Shown: positions 48,701 to 59,271 of the stretch, piece by piece
How positions within the stretch are numbered: the stretch's first letter is position 1
Layout: each line of letters opens with the position of its first letter
Made by a program: the position numbers and the translations under genes
Notes under the pieces: generated by a model
What the model was told of the DNA's origin: nothing
What the model saw: the letters and a program-made list of their open reading frames with translations, nothing else
The model's database searches: none
IMG/VR virus record: IMGVR_UViG_3300032315_001715
Span: 388,800-452,799 of that record
Reading direction: 5' to 3' (one strand)
Length of the DNA stretch: 64,000 nucleotides

Positions 48701-51700
48701 TTATGCGATTGCTAGGAAAATATATGTGCCACCTGTGGCGTTTAATGCTGCTGGAGCCAAACCGCTGATTGTAAATCCGGTCGCAGATGGTTCAATATAT
48801 GTTGTGCTGGTGTTTTCCGCACTAGTGCTGTTTAATAACAAAAATGGATCAAGCCCGCCAGTAGCTGTGATACTGGTGCTAGGGAACTGCCTGGATGATC
48901 CGGACCAAACTATTCTGACTGCGCCTGATCCGCCATTACCACCACCACGTTGAGTTGGGTTACCAGAATTTTGACCTAGACCTCCTGCGCCAACCTGAAC
49001 CGTATAGGTTTGTCCTGCTGTCACAGAGACATTGTTGATGTAGGCTATGGCTCCACCACCACCACCTGTTCCGTCTCTGCCGCCACCAGCACCACCGCCA
49101 TGACCTCCACCCAGACCACCTTTGGCTTCTCCAGTTTCACTTTCTGCTCCCCCAGCATTCGAAGACGTTCCATACAAATAAGCGCCACCGCCACCGCCAC
49201 CACCCCAACTAGACTCAGCCCCATTTGTTGCTGCTAGTCCGCTCAATGTGCCGGCACCGCCACCGCCCACAGCTTGATAAACAGTAACACGTGCAGGTCC
49301 ACTTGCTCCATTTGTTCCTGTACCTGCTAGAACAGTACCACCGGCTCCCCCAACACTCCCGGCTCCGTTAGTATTTGTCCCAGCACCCCCGCCGCCTGCA
49401 GCAACAGTGCTTGTATTATTAAAAAAACTTGTCCCGCCAGCCGTTACAGCGGCACCGCCACCACTACCACCACCGCCACCACCGCCACCAACACATACAA
49501 CAGACACACTGGTAACACCAGCTGGCACTGTCCATGTGTAAGTTCCTGGTGTACTAAAAACCGCCTCGTTTTGTATAGCAACTATACCACGTGCACTGTC
49601 CCATACATACCAGTCACCAGTGCTGTCGGTACGCTTGATGAGAACAAACCTTGCTCCTGCCGTGAAGCCGCAATTGATGTCCTGGGTTGCGCCTGTGCCG
49701 GTGTAGGAACCAACCTTGCTGACGCCTGCAACGGTGGCAAAAAGATAGGCGACGTAGTTGCTGGAAATGCCATCATTAACAGCTACGTTTGTTCCGACTG
49801 AAAACACTGATGCGGTTGGATTAGTACTATTCCAATATGTTGATCCGCTTACATTTGATTTTGCTGCTGTAGAAGCAAGATCGAGAAATTCGGTATTTAG
49901 CAATGACGCCGAATAGGCAGCCCATAAACGGGCAGCAGATCTGTTTTTTACAATCATCAATTCAGGAGCAACTCCTAAATTGTGGTTAATTGTTCTAGCG
50001 ATTCCGGTTGCGGTATAACACACCACATCAAAGAAGCCAGGAGCACGGCGAAACAGGTAATTAATAAATGTATTGGCGGATGAGTTGGTGATGGTAGATG
50101 TCGTGCCTACTTTAACACCATCCATTACATCCCAAGGATTTGCTTGCAAGATGGTTGTGCCCGCCGCCACTTCTGCGGCGGTAGTAGATGTGTCCAGATA
50201 GCCAGTGCCGGTAAGCCTTGAAGAAAATAGACTTCCAACAACAGCGCCACGATTTTTAATCAATACTGCATCATCTGTTTGCCCGCCTGTAACGGTAGCG
50301 TTAACACCCGTACCGGTACTGGCATTAATGCCAAACACGCTCGTTCCGCTTGTCGGCGTCTTCATGGGACCGCGACGGATGGCGATGTAGATGTAGGTAG
50401 CTCCCGAACCACCTATAGGATCATGAGAGTTGAATGCGCTATCTGTCCCCGCAATACGAAACCCCGTTGAGAGCAATTGAATGGATGAAGCCCCCGCCAC
50501 TCCTTCCGCAGAACTGCCATCAGGAGCCACCGTTTGCGCTGCGCCACTCATGGGCATGCCGCGCATATTATCAACAACCCTCCAGCTAGAAGCAACAGGA
50601 GTGCCTCCACCAGCCGATTTAATTAACACCCACTGAGGTTCCCAACCAAGCGTTACAGTTACTCCATTGGTGTCTGCTGCGTACAATCCACAGCTAATCA
50701 CATTATCCGCGCCAGCATTACCAAACCCGCCTGCGTCGTGGGCAAAGAGGTAGGCGACGTAAGTTTCGCCCGAACTGTTTACGCTGCCATCTGTGCCCAC
50801 GCTGAACACGGTGCTTGAGGGCGCTGTGCTATTCCAAATTGATGGCTGGCTGGACTGTATGTTGGGTTGATTTAATTGCAAAGTAAATGCAGCAGAGGTG
50901 AGGCTCCTGTGATAAACACGCCAATTAAATCCAGCAGTTCCAGCGGACGTGCCTTTAACAATAATGCAGCCCGGCACTGAGCCGAGATTGTGCGCGATTG
51001 TTCTGGCAGAACCTGTGCCTGTGTAGGTTACAACGTCAAAGAACTTCGGCTGCTTGCGGAAGGTCCAAGAGGCGTATGTTGCGGCGCTGGTGTTGATCTT
51101 GGCGAGAGAGCCAATGCTAAAGCCATTTGAAAGGAAGGCGGTCAGACCCGTCGATTGCGTTGTCTGCGCCGCTGTTGAATTAGAAACGATGTCAAAAGTT
51201 GCTCCGCGCGCGGTATCATAGATAGCATGATCGGTCGCAGCGCTGCGACTTTTCATCCACACCATGCCGGTAGAGCTAACTTGATTTAGTGTGGCCAAAT
51301 AAGGTGTGAGAGAACTTGTCGAATTGGTTAGAGAGGTCGTAGAACTTGTGAAAGACGGTGTAGAGTCCGTCAAAGTTCCTGCCGCATCGGTGTTTGTGCT
51401 CGTGGCCGGTGTGAAAGAAGACTGGTTGTAAGAGAAGCTGCCAGATCCAAGAATGTAGGTTCCTATACCAGTGCCGTCTGCAGGAATTTTACCAAAAAAC
51501 ACCCTAACAGCAAACAACTGATCTTGAAAGCCTCCGCTAAAATAAATATTGGAACTAGAGTCAACTTTGATAGACCAAGAAGTTCCATAAGTATAAACAC
51601 TTGTAGCACTTAAAATGCTACGTTGCCACTGAAGCGTGCCATTTGTGTCATATCTAGCTAAAAGTATGCCACTCCCTAGATTGTTTGTTGTCTGACCGCA

Positions 51701-52648
51701 TACAAAAGAATCGCCGCTAGAATTGACAGCTATCGAATTAAAACTGGCACCAATTGAAGAAGGGTTTGTTAGAGATCGCTGCCATTGAATAACGCCGCTA
51801 GTGTTATACTTTGCAATAAACGCCGCAACGTCATTGTTGCCAGCCACATAAACATTAGAACTGGTATCAAAAGAGACCGCGTTAAATGTGCCGCTGTTTA
51901 TAGTGCGCTGCCATTGAAGAGTACCGCTGCTGTTATATTTTGCAACCACGGCAAGCCCGTTTGAATAACCACAGACAAGGGGGTTATTGCCCGAATCAAC
52001 CGCTACACCATAACCTAACGTAGTAAAATTTCTAAGCCGCCGTTGCCACTGAAGGACGCCGTCAGTATCATATTTTATAAGTGTAATACTAGGCTGGTTC
52101 CCTTGGTCAGTAGTACCACAAACGTACACAGCGCCAGTAGAATCTGTAGCAATTGAATATGCTATGTCAAAACTTAAAGAACTGGTGTAAACCCGTTGCC
52201 AAAGAAGCGTACCATTTGTATCGTATTTAATAATACGCCAGCCTGCAGGGTTATTGCTCGCAGTAACATAAACATTTGCACTAGAATCAAGAGCAATTCG
52301 AGTAACATTGCTACCACCAACAGATAGACCGCGCTGCCAAATAAGCTGCCCTGACGAATTGTACTTTAAAACTTGCATAGAGTTATCGGTAGAAATGTAA
52401 ACATTTCCAGAAGCATCTACGGCATTACCGTATCCCGTCGTTTGACCCCCCAAATCAACTAGTGAAAACCAGCCGGAAGTCGTAGCACCCGGAGCAAGAT
52501 TAATCCCGTTGTTGATCGTCTGCGTGCTGCCGTTGCCTGTGTAAAGCCACGTTGAGAATACGTCTTCTATATAAACAGGTGAGGAACTCGATCCAGTAAA
52601 TCCAAGATTTCTAGCACTGGCTGCACCTAGTGTTTCAATCACAGGCAT
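48701..52648 (-). CDS. 1315-aa virion/receptor-binding protein: beta-propeller repeats, FFDVV.YTG modules, Gly-rich end
   Basis: KYnssGtLqWQR repeats; PGFFDVVCYT; WTVPAGVTSVSVVCVGGGG. Confidence 0.8.
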   Translation of the reverse strand: MPVIETLGAASARNLGFTGSSSSPVYIEDVFSTWLYTGNGSTQTINNGINLAPGATTSGWFSLVDLGGQTTGYGNAVDASGNVYISTDNSMQVLKYNSSGQLIWQRGLSVGGSNVTRIALDSSANVYVTASNNPAGWRIIKYDTNGTLLWQRVYTSSLSFDIAYSIATDSTGAVYVCGTTDQGNQPSITLIKYDTDGVLQWQRRLRNFTTLGYGVAVDSGNNPLVCGYSNGLAVVAKYNSSGTLQWQRTINSGTFNAVSFDTSSNVYVAGNNDVAAFIAKYNTSGVIQWQRSLTNPSSIGASFNSIAVNSSGDSFVCGQTTNNLGSGILLARYDTNGTLQWQRSILSATSVYTYGTSWSIKVDSSSNIYFSGGFQDQLFAVRVFFGKIPADGTGIGTYILGSGSFSYNQSSFTPATSTNTDAAGTLTDSTPSFTSSTTSLTNSTSSLTPYLATLNQVSSTGMVWMKSRSAATDHAIYDTARGATFDIVSNSTAAQTTQSTGLTAFLSNGFSIGSLAKINTSAATYASWTFRKQPKFFDVVTYTGTGSARTIAHNLGSVPGCIIVKGTSAGTAGFNWRVYHRSLTSAAFTLQLNQPNIQSSQPSIWNSTAPSSTVFSVGTDGSVNSSGETYVAYLFAHDAGGFGNAGADNVISCGLYAADTNGVTVTLGWEPQWVLIKSAGGGTPVASSWRVVDNMRGMPMSGAAQTVAPDGSSAEGVAGASSIQLLSTGFRIAGTDSAFNSHDPIGGSGATYIYIAIRRGPMKTPTSGTSVFGINASTGTGVNATVTGGQTDDAVLIKNRGAVVGSLFSSRLTGTGYLDTSTTAAEVAAGTTILQANPWDVMDGVKVGTTSTITNSSANTFINYLFRRAPGFFDVVCYTATGIARTINHNLGVAPELMIVKNRSAARLWAAYSASLLNTEFLDLASTAAKSNVSGSTYWNSTNPTASVFSVGTNVAVNDGISSNYVAYLFATVAGVSKVGSYTGTGATQDINCGFTAGARFVLIKRTDSTGDWYVWDSARGIVAIQNEAVFSTPGTYTWTVPAGVTSVSVVCVGGGGGGGGSGGGAAVTAGGTSFFNNTSTVAAGGGGAGTNTNGAGSVGGAGGTVLAGTGTNGASGPARVTVYQAVGGGGAGTLSGLAATNGAESSWGGGGGGGAYLYGTSSNAGGAESETGEAKGGLGGGHGGGAGGGRDGTGGGGGAIAYINNVSVTAGQTYTVQVGAGGLGQNSGNPTQRGGGNGGSGAVRIVWSGSSRQFPSTSITATGGLDPFLLLNSTSAENTSTTYIEPSATGFTISGLAPAALNATGGTYIFLAIA

Positions 52649-52659
52649 ATGTTGTATCC

Positions 52660-53403
52660 TTATGCAAACCTGGTCTGGCTTTCAAATGCCGAAAATGTGG
52701 CCGAACCGGTTTTGATGATGGTGATCGAATAGATATCAACGCTACTGGCATTTCCAGAGGTCGGAGCAGAGCCTCCTTGCCATTTTGGTGTAACGGGCGT
52801 GCCATCTACTTGCAATGCTGTCTGATAGTATGCCGTGACACCGTTGGTGACCATGAATGCAGCCGATACCGAATCACCAATATTTAACAAGCTATCAAGT
52901 GTGTTGGTTACATTTCCTCGGATATTAATGCTGAAATTCGCAGACGAATTGACAGTATAATATAATACCTGCTGGGTTAGCACATCAAAATTGACGGTTC
53001 CGGATGTTGCTGTTGCAGAAACCGTGGTCTTTTCCTTTAGGTTACCATTTAGCAGGGTAGTTGTAAGGGTTTTGTTGGTCAGGGTTTGTGTGGTGGTCGT
53101 TCCAACCACCTGCCCGGACGACGGCAGCGCCGTGGTTCCCTGGAAGGTTCCATCCGAGAATAAAATACCGTTGGATACCGTGGAGGTGTTGCCCATGCGT
53201 AGGTTGCCGGCAACAAAGACATTGCCACCGTAAACGGCCATCACGTTGCCGGCAACTATGGCGGAGGTTCCGACACCTATGTTGCCACTGCTGTTGATTC
53301 GCATTCGTTCAGTATTGCTGGTGCTAAACACCGTCGTGTTGCTGACGATGTTGGCATTCACCGAATAAATCGAATCACCAAGAAGACGAATGGTTCCGGA
53401 CAT
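52660..53403 (-). CDS. Virion/fibre-associated protein
   Basis: [15 protein letters not shown]; PKWQGGSAP. Confidence 0.7.
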   Translation of the reverse strand: MSGTIRLLGDSIYSVNANIVSNTTVFSTSNTERMRINSSGNIGVGTSAIVAGNVMAVYGGNVFVAGNLRMGNTSTVSNGILFSDGTFQGTTALPSSGQVVGTTTTQTLTNKTLTTTLLNGNLKEKTTVSATATSGTVNFDVLTQQVLYYTVNSSANFSINIRGNVTNTLDSLLNIGDSVSAAFMVTNGVTAYYQTALQVDGTPVTPKWQGGSAPTSGNASSVDIYSITIIKTGSATFSAFESQTRFA

Positions 53404-53421
53404 GTATGCTTGATCCCCTTA

Positions 53422-56400
53422 TTATACGTCTATGGCGGTTCTGAGTACCTTGACGGTCTTGTTGGTAGCTGCACTTGGTGTGAACTGTAGCTGCACCGTT
53501 CCCGCTGCTATGGTCGAGTCAAAGGTTCCCAACACCGCATTTGAGTAGATGAGGTTGTATTCGCTTTGGAACACCGTTGATCCGTTGTGTATCAGCATGA
53601 TCTGCGTGGAGTGGTACTGGCTGTTGGTATTGTCAGTGACCTGCACCAAGTAGTGTGCCGTTCGATAGCTAGCCGTTGCAAAGCTGTCCAGTGTCAGCGC
53701 ACCGGTTGTGGAGGTCGAGCTGACGTTGCCGTTCATGATGAACGCATTGCCCTGCACGGTAGTGTTGCTGACGACCCTGTTAACCGTTGCCGTTCCGCTG
53801 GCGGTTAGCGTGGCGGTTGTTACGCTGGTGTTGGCGATAAACGTGCCGGTGAGCATGCTGGTCGAACCCTGCACGGTGGTACCAACCACCGCTGCATTGC
53901 TGTACAGATTTGCACCGGTGATGTTGGAAACGGCACTGATCGCACCCGAACTGTAAACGCTTGCACCATTAACGAAGCCGTTGCTGGTGATGTTGGCACC
54001 AATGATCGCACCGCTTGAGTTAAGAGCGGTGGTCTGTACAAAGCCGTTGCTGGTGATGTTGGCACCAATGATCGCACCGCTTGAGTTAAGAGCGGTGGTC
54101 TGTACAAAGCCGTTGCTGGTGATGTTGGCAAAGCTGGCATTACCGCCGGCATTTATCGCACCGGTTGCATAGAAGTTAACGGTTTGTATGCCCGCGTTGC
54201 TGACAAGGTTTGCGCCGGTTATGGTACCAACCGCTGATATCGGACCCGAACTGTAGAGGCTTGTTCCATTGATGAAACTGTTAGATACCAGAGCATTGAC
54301 CGTTGCGGTGTTTTGCGTGATCAGCGTGGTGAACTGGCCGGTGCTGGGTGTTATGTTACCCACCGCCGTGGTATTGAGGCTTTGTGCATCGAGCACACCA
54401 CCAACATGTACGTCGCCTGCAATACCTGCACCGCCGGCGACCACCAATGCTCCACTGAATGCATTGGTTGATGCTGTTGTGTTGGTTACCGAGATGTTGC
54501 CGGTCCACGTGGCACCGGAAACAAACAGGTTGTTTCCGGTTGCTATACCACCGGTAACCACCAATGCACCCGTGGTAGAGCTTGTCGTGGTGTTGGCAGA
54601 TGTAAAGCGTACCGAACCGGTTGCGTTTAGCGATAGCGTGCTGATCGCGCTGTTGGAAGTGATGGCGTTGCCGGTGATGGTGCTGTTGCTGACGATGCTG
54701 CCGCCGGTTATCTGACCCGGTGCTGAGATCGTCGTTGCTGCGCTGATACCAGCGTTGGATACCAACAATGCACCTGTTATGGTTCCGCCGGTTATGCCGC
54801 CGTTGGTGCTGATGCTGGTGCCGCTGACCACGCCGTTGCTGATGACGCTAGCACCGATGATCTGTCCACTGCTGTTTAACGCGGTGGTTTGCACGAACCC
54901 GTTGCTGGTAACGTTGGCAAACGTGCCATTGCCGGCAGCCGATATCGCACCACTGGAGCTGATGCTGGTTCCGATTATAAAGCTGTTGCTGGTTACACCG
55001 TTGAATATCGCCGAGCCAGCTCCGTTTACGCTACCGCTGGCATAAAACGTGCTGGTCGATGTCAAGCCGTTGGATGTCAGCGATGCTCCGGTAATAGCAC
55101 CTGCTGCACTGAGCGGACCACTGGAGTTGATGCTGGTTCCATTTATGAAGCTGTTGCTGACAACGCTAGCACCGGTGATGGCACCGGCTGCGCTGAGAGG
55201 ACCGCTGGAATTGATGCTGGTACCATTGATGTAGCTGTTGGAAACAAGCGCCCCGCCAAACACCGTGTTGACGGCGTTGATGTTGCCTCCGCTGTAAACT
55301 CCAATGTTACCAATTAGAATGTTACCACTGATGGTACCGCTTGCGCTGATGTTGCTAAAAGTAACCGCGGTGTTAAGCACCAATCCGGCTGCGGTAATGG
55401 TACCGCCTACGTTTAGGGATCCACCAATGTATGCACCGGCGTTGACATTTAGCGTGTTGCTGAAAACACCGCTGTTGCTGAGGATGTTACCGCCGGTGAT
55501 CTGGCCCGGTGCGGATATTGTAGTGCCGGCAACGATCGCCGTGTTGCTGACCAATCTGTTGACGGTTGCGGTTCCACCGGTGTTGAAACCAGACGCTACA
55601 TATGCAAATGTTCCGACATGCAATGCACCGCCTATTCCTGCCCCGCCGGCACCTTCAATGACCAATGCACCCGTGGACGAGCTTGTGGATATTGAATTAG
55701 CCCCTGCGCTCAGTATCAGGTTACCAAAATTTGCTGTGCCCCATACAAACCCCGGGCTGTTGGCAAGTATTGGATTTGCGATGTTTGTTGCACCGGGTTG
55801 CACGTTAGTAACAAACAACAGCCTTCCGGTGTCATCAGCACGTCCCAGATAGCTATGAGCATCTCCGCTGCCTGTTGTATAATAGTGCATGATCATGCCG
55901 CGATCGAGACCGTCATCCGTCGTGAGCGGTGCTCCGTTTGGTCCGGTGCCAATCTGTATCAGCGGATCCTCGATGCTGAGCTGATCGGTGTTGATCGTGG
56001 TTAGATTACCTTGGATGTTCAGGTTGCCGGAAATCAGCACATTGCCCGTGAGGTGCGTGGATCCGCCAACGTTTAGGTTGCCGCCGATTCCCACGCCACC
56101 AGCAACCACCAGCGCACCCGTGGTTGTGTTGGCGCTGATGTTGGTACCATTAATGGCCACGGTGAGATTAGAAACTATGGTTCTTGCTGTGACCGAGCTG
56201 TTGCTTTGTATGGCACCGCCTGTTATGGTGCTGTTGCTGATCAGAGAACCAACGGATACCGCACCGCCGGCACTTACCGTGGTATTGCTGATGATGCTGG
56301 CAAAGGATGCGGATCCTGCTCCGTTAATACCCCCAGTAGCATAGAAGTTGGCAGTTTGTATGCCTGCGTTGCTGACCAGGTTTGCACCGGTTATGGTACC

Positions 56401-58464
56401 GACTGCGGAGATGGAACCTGAGCTGTACAGGCTGGTACCCTGCACGTAGCCGTTGCTGATGATATTGGCAAAGATCGCATTACCACCGGTATTGATGGTG
56501 CCGCTGGCGTACAGGGTAGCACCCTGTACATAGCCATTGCTTTGTATGTTTGCGCCGGTTATGGTGCCAACGGCAGAGATCGGACCAGTGCTGTAAACGC
56601 TAGCACCCTGTACCGCACCGTTGCTGGTAACGGTAGCAGCGATGACTGATCCAACGAAGTTGCCCGTGCCCGCCTGCACATACAATCCACCAGCAACAAT
56701 GTTACCACCGTTGCGCATGGTAGCAACGCCGTTAACATCCAATGTCGTGGTCGGGGTTGTGGTGCCTAGACCAAGTCGATTGTTGGAGTTATCCCAGAAA
56801 AACTGTGCGTTGTTTTGTGCAAGGGATGATGCACCTGCGAATATGATGGAACCCTGTGTCCAGCTGGTGCTAGCATTGGTACCACCGTTGGCATACGGTA
56901 GTATGCCCGATACGTCCGTGGCCAGCGCCACCTGGCTGAAGGTTATGCTGGTACCGTTTGATCGCAGAACGGTGTTACCACTAGCACCGGATACCCATTG
57001 TGGTGCACCTGTTAGGCTTGTTACCAGCGCCGAGGTAGACGCCGTGAGCAAGGTGCTCATTACTGCGGTGTTACCGCTACCATACAGCAATGCATATTGA
57101 GGAACTGATGCCATTCCAGATCCACCATTTGCTATGGTCAGCGTGCCTGTAACACCATTTGCAAGATCAACCTTGCTAAAGCTTAGGTTTCCTCCTGGAC
57201 CACCCGGGGATAGGTATGTATAAGGACCGCCGCTCAGGGACGATGGAACGCCGGTGTTATCAAACACCACCACGGCGTTGGTTGCACTGATAACGCTGGT
57301 CATTGACAGCCCATTAGCTGCCGTTACAACAAACGCATTACCAGAGAACGACGACGCGTTGGTACCGCCCTTGGATATCGGCAACACACCGGATGTGGAG
57401 TTGCTGTTAAGACTTATGTTACCCCAGTAGGGCGATGTACCATTGCTGAGCAGCACGTTGCCAATGTTAGCAGCGGACATTCCCAGCTTGCTCAGCGTCG
57501 TGGTGCTGGCGGTGGCAAAAAGCATGTCACCGGCCGCGTATGTGGTTAGGCCCGTTCCGCCGTAGTTTGCGGCGATGACGTTGCCTTGCCAGCCACCAAC
57601 GGTAACGTTACCACTTGGATTGATCGTAAATTTCTGTTGCGACGCGGCATCCACGGCTTGTAGGAAGAAATAACCGGTTGAAACTGGGCCTAGTTCCAGC
57701 GCCGTTTGGTTGACCGACGGCGCAACATTCAGTCGTACGATCGACGACGTTGTTCCGATTCCAACATTTCCCTGCACCAGCATGCCGTTGATCGGGGCCG
57801 TGGTTACACCTGCGTATCCTGATCCAACCGCAACGGTACCTGCAACATCAAGCTTGTTGACCGGTGAGATCACACGGATGCCAATGTTGCCCGTGCCGGT
57901 TATGGTGACGTTCTGCGTGGTGGATCCGTTGGTGCTGACGTATGCGCTTTGGGAAACAACGTTATATCCGATGATGGCATTACCGGTAGCAGATCCGATG
58001 CCGACTTGGTAATGGTCCGCATTACCGGCGTTGCGGGTAGCAAACAGTGCTGGCCCGTCGGTGGCAGAAACCACCAGGGCAAAGTCTGCCTTGTTGGTTC
58101 CGATGCCAACATGGGTATTACCGGTATGGAAAACAAAGTTTGAAGAACCACCAAATGTGCCGCCTGCGTTAAACTGCACGCTATTGGTGCTACCTCCGGG
58201 AGGGGTTGAAAAGCTAGCCGCACTGGTCGCTTGGTACGTACCGTCGGCAAATCTTATACCACTTATCGCAGCCGCGGTGTTGGTTATTTGTATGTTACCA
58301 CGAACTTCCAGCTGCGAAGTAGGACTTGCTGTGCCAATACCAACATTACCGCTTACTATCATTCCGTAAAGCGGAGCAGCGTTTGTCATTGCATAGGTAC
58401 CAACCACCACGTTCGTGGTGGCCTGCAACCCTTGCCTTACTATGAAATCTATCTGGTTGGCCAT
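53422..58464 (-). CDS. 1680-aa Ser/Asn/Gly/Thr-rich fibre protein
   Basis: Many ITSNG/GAI beta-helix-like repeats; C-terminal domain shared with 58561..59271. Confidence 0.8.
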   Translation of the reverse strand: MANQIDFIVRQGLQATTNVVVGTYAMTNAAPLYGMIVSGNVGIGTASPTSQLEVRGNIQITNTAAAISGIRFADGTYQATSAASFSTPPGGSTNSVQFNAGGTFGGSSNFVFHTGNTHVGIGTNKADFALVVSATDGPALFATRNAGNADHYQVGIGSATGNAIIGYNVVSQSAYVSTNGSTTQNVTITGTGNIGIRVISPVNKLDVAGTVAVGSGYAGVTTAPINGMLVQGNVGIGTTSSIVRLNVAPSVNQTALELGPVSTGYFFLQAVDAASQQKFTINPSGNVTVGGWQGNVIAANYGGTGLTTYAAGDMLFATASTTTLSKLGMSAANIGNVLLSNGTSPYWGNISLNSNSTSGVLPISKGGTNASSFSGNAFVVTAANGLSMTSVISATNAVVVFDNTGVPSSLSGGPYTYLSPGGPGGNLSFSKVDLANGVTGTLTIANGGSGMASVPQYALLYGSGNTAVMSTLLTASTSALVTSLTGAPQWVSGASGNTVLRSNGTSITFSQVALATDVSGILPYANGGTNASTSWTQGSIIFAGASSLAQNNAQFFWDNSNNRLGLGTTTPTTTLDVNGVATMRNGGNIVAGGLYVQAGTGNFVGSVIAATVTSNGAVQGASVYSTGPISAVGTITGANIQSNGYVQGATLYASGTINTGGNAIFANIISNGYVQGTSLYSSGSISAVGTITGANLVSNAGIQTANFYATGGINGAGSASFASIISNTTVSAGGAVSVGSLISNSTITGGAIQSNSSVTARTIVSNLTVAINGTNISANTTTGALVVAGGVGIGGNLNVGGSTHLTGNVLISGNLNIQGNLTTINTDQLSIEDPLIQIGTGPNGAPLTTDDGLDRGMIMHYYTTGSGDAHSYLGRADDTGRLLFVTNVQPGATNIANPILANSPGFVWGTANFGNLILSAGANSISTSSSTGALVIEGAGGAGIGGALHVGTFAYVASGFNTGGTATVNRLVSNTAIVAGTTISAPGQITGGNILSNSGVFSNTLNVNAGAYIGGSLNVGGTITAAGLVLNTAVTFSNISASGTISGNILIGNIGVYSGGNINAVNTVFGGALVSNSYINGTSINSSGPLSAAGAITGASVVSNSFINGTSINSSGPLSAAGAITGASLTSNGLTSTSTFYASGSVNGAGSAIFNGVTSNSFIIGTSISSSGAISAAGNGTFANVTSNGFVQTTALNSSGQIIGASVISNGVVSGTSISTNGGITGGTITGALLVSNAGISAATTISAPGQITGGSIVSNSTITGNAITSNSAISTLSLNATGSVRFTSANTTTSSTTGALVVTGGIATGNNLFVSGATWTGNISVTNTTASTNAFSGALVVAGGAGIAGDVHVGGVLDAQSLNTTAVGNITPSTGQFTTLITQNTATVNALVSNSFINGTSLYSSGPISAVGTITGANLVSNAGIQTVNFYATGAINAGGNASFANITSNGFVQTTALNSSGAIIGANITSNGFVQTTALNSSGAIIGANITSNGFVNGASVYSSGAISAVSNITGANLYSNAAVVGTTVQGSTSMLTGTFIANTSVTTATLTASGTATVNRVVSNTTVQGNAFIMNGNVSSTSTTGALTLDSFATASYRTAHYLVQVTDNTNSQYHSTQIMLIHNGSTVFQSEYNLIYSNAVLGTFDSTIAAGTVQLQFTPSAATNKTVKVLRTAIDV

Positions 58465-58560
58465 CGTTGATATTTCCCTGCTCGAATTTCCGGGCGGAGT
58501 CGTACCGCCAGCACTGTTATGATATTTAGCCTAACCGGTACTTAACGATGCTGTCTTCGT

Positions 58561-59271
58561 TCAAGGCTCGATGCTGGTTCGAATTACCTTGATGTTTTTA
58601 TCGCTGGTATAAAACGGCGTAAATGTCAGCAATACATTGCCAGTTTCAACCGTGCAGTCAAAAATTCCAATCCGTTCATGGGTGGTCACTATGTTATATT
58701 CGCTCTTGAATGCGTTGAGACCATCGTGTATCAGCATGATCTGCGTGGTATGGAACCAGCTATTATTGGTATCAGTTACCTGCACGATGTAATGGCATGA
58801 TCGATAGTTGGGAACCGGGAATGAATCCAATGTTACCGTTGATAGATCATCGACCGAGGTGTTGGTACTTTCGTATCCAACATCCTTGATCTGCAGGGTT
58901 GAAAGGGGATTATCATTTCCAACACCAAGACGTCCGGTCGATGAGATCCAACAAAACGTGTTGATGCCGCCGAAACTACCGGAATCGTTAAACTGTACCG
59001 CACCCGGGGTACCGCCTGGTAACATGGTTACCGCAGCGGTGCTCTGGAGCGATCCGTCGGAAAAATAATATCCGGACGACCCAAACACCGCAACATTACC
59101 AGCAACGCTGAGTGTCTGTGATGGATTGGATGATCCAATGCCAACCCGTCCATTTCGAACCACCAAGCTTGGGGTGATTTCAACTCCCAGGCTGGATCCG
59201 GTCACCAAGACCTGGCCAGCCGAGGTGTTCTGCGCCCTGAGATATTGCAGATCTAAAAGCTTTAAGGTCAT
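58561..59271 (-). CDS. Fibre-associated protein
   Basis: LDSF..YRSCHYIVQVTD..TQIMLIHDG shared with upstream gene. Confidence 0.75.
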   Translation of the reverse strand: MTLKLLDLQYLRAQNTSAGQVLVTGSSLGVEITPSLVVRNGRVGIGSSNPSQTLSVAGNVAVFGSSGYYFSDGSLQSTAAVTMLPGGTPGAVQFNDSGSFGGINTFCWISSTGRLGVGNDNPLSTLQIKDVGYESTNTSVDDLSTVTLDSFPVPNYRSCHYIVQVTDTNNSWFHTTQIMLIHDGLNAFKSEYNIVTTHERIGIFDCTVETGNVLLTFTPFYTSDKNIKVIRTSIEP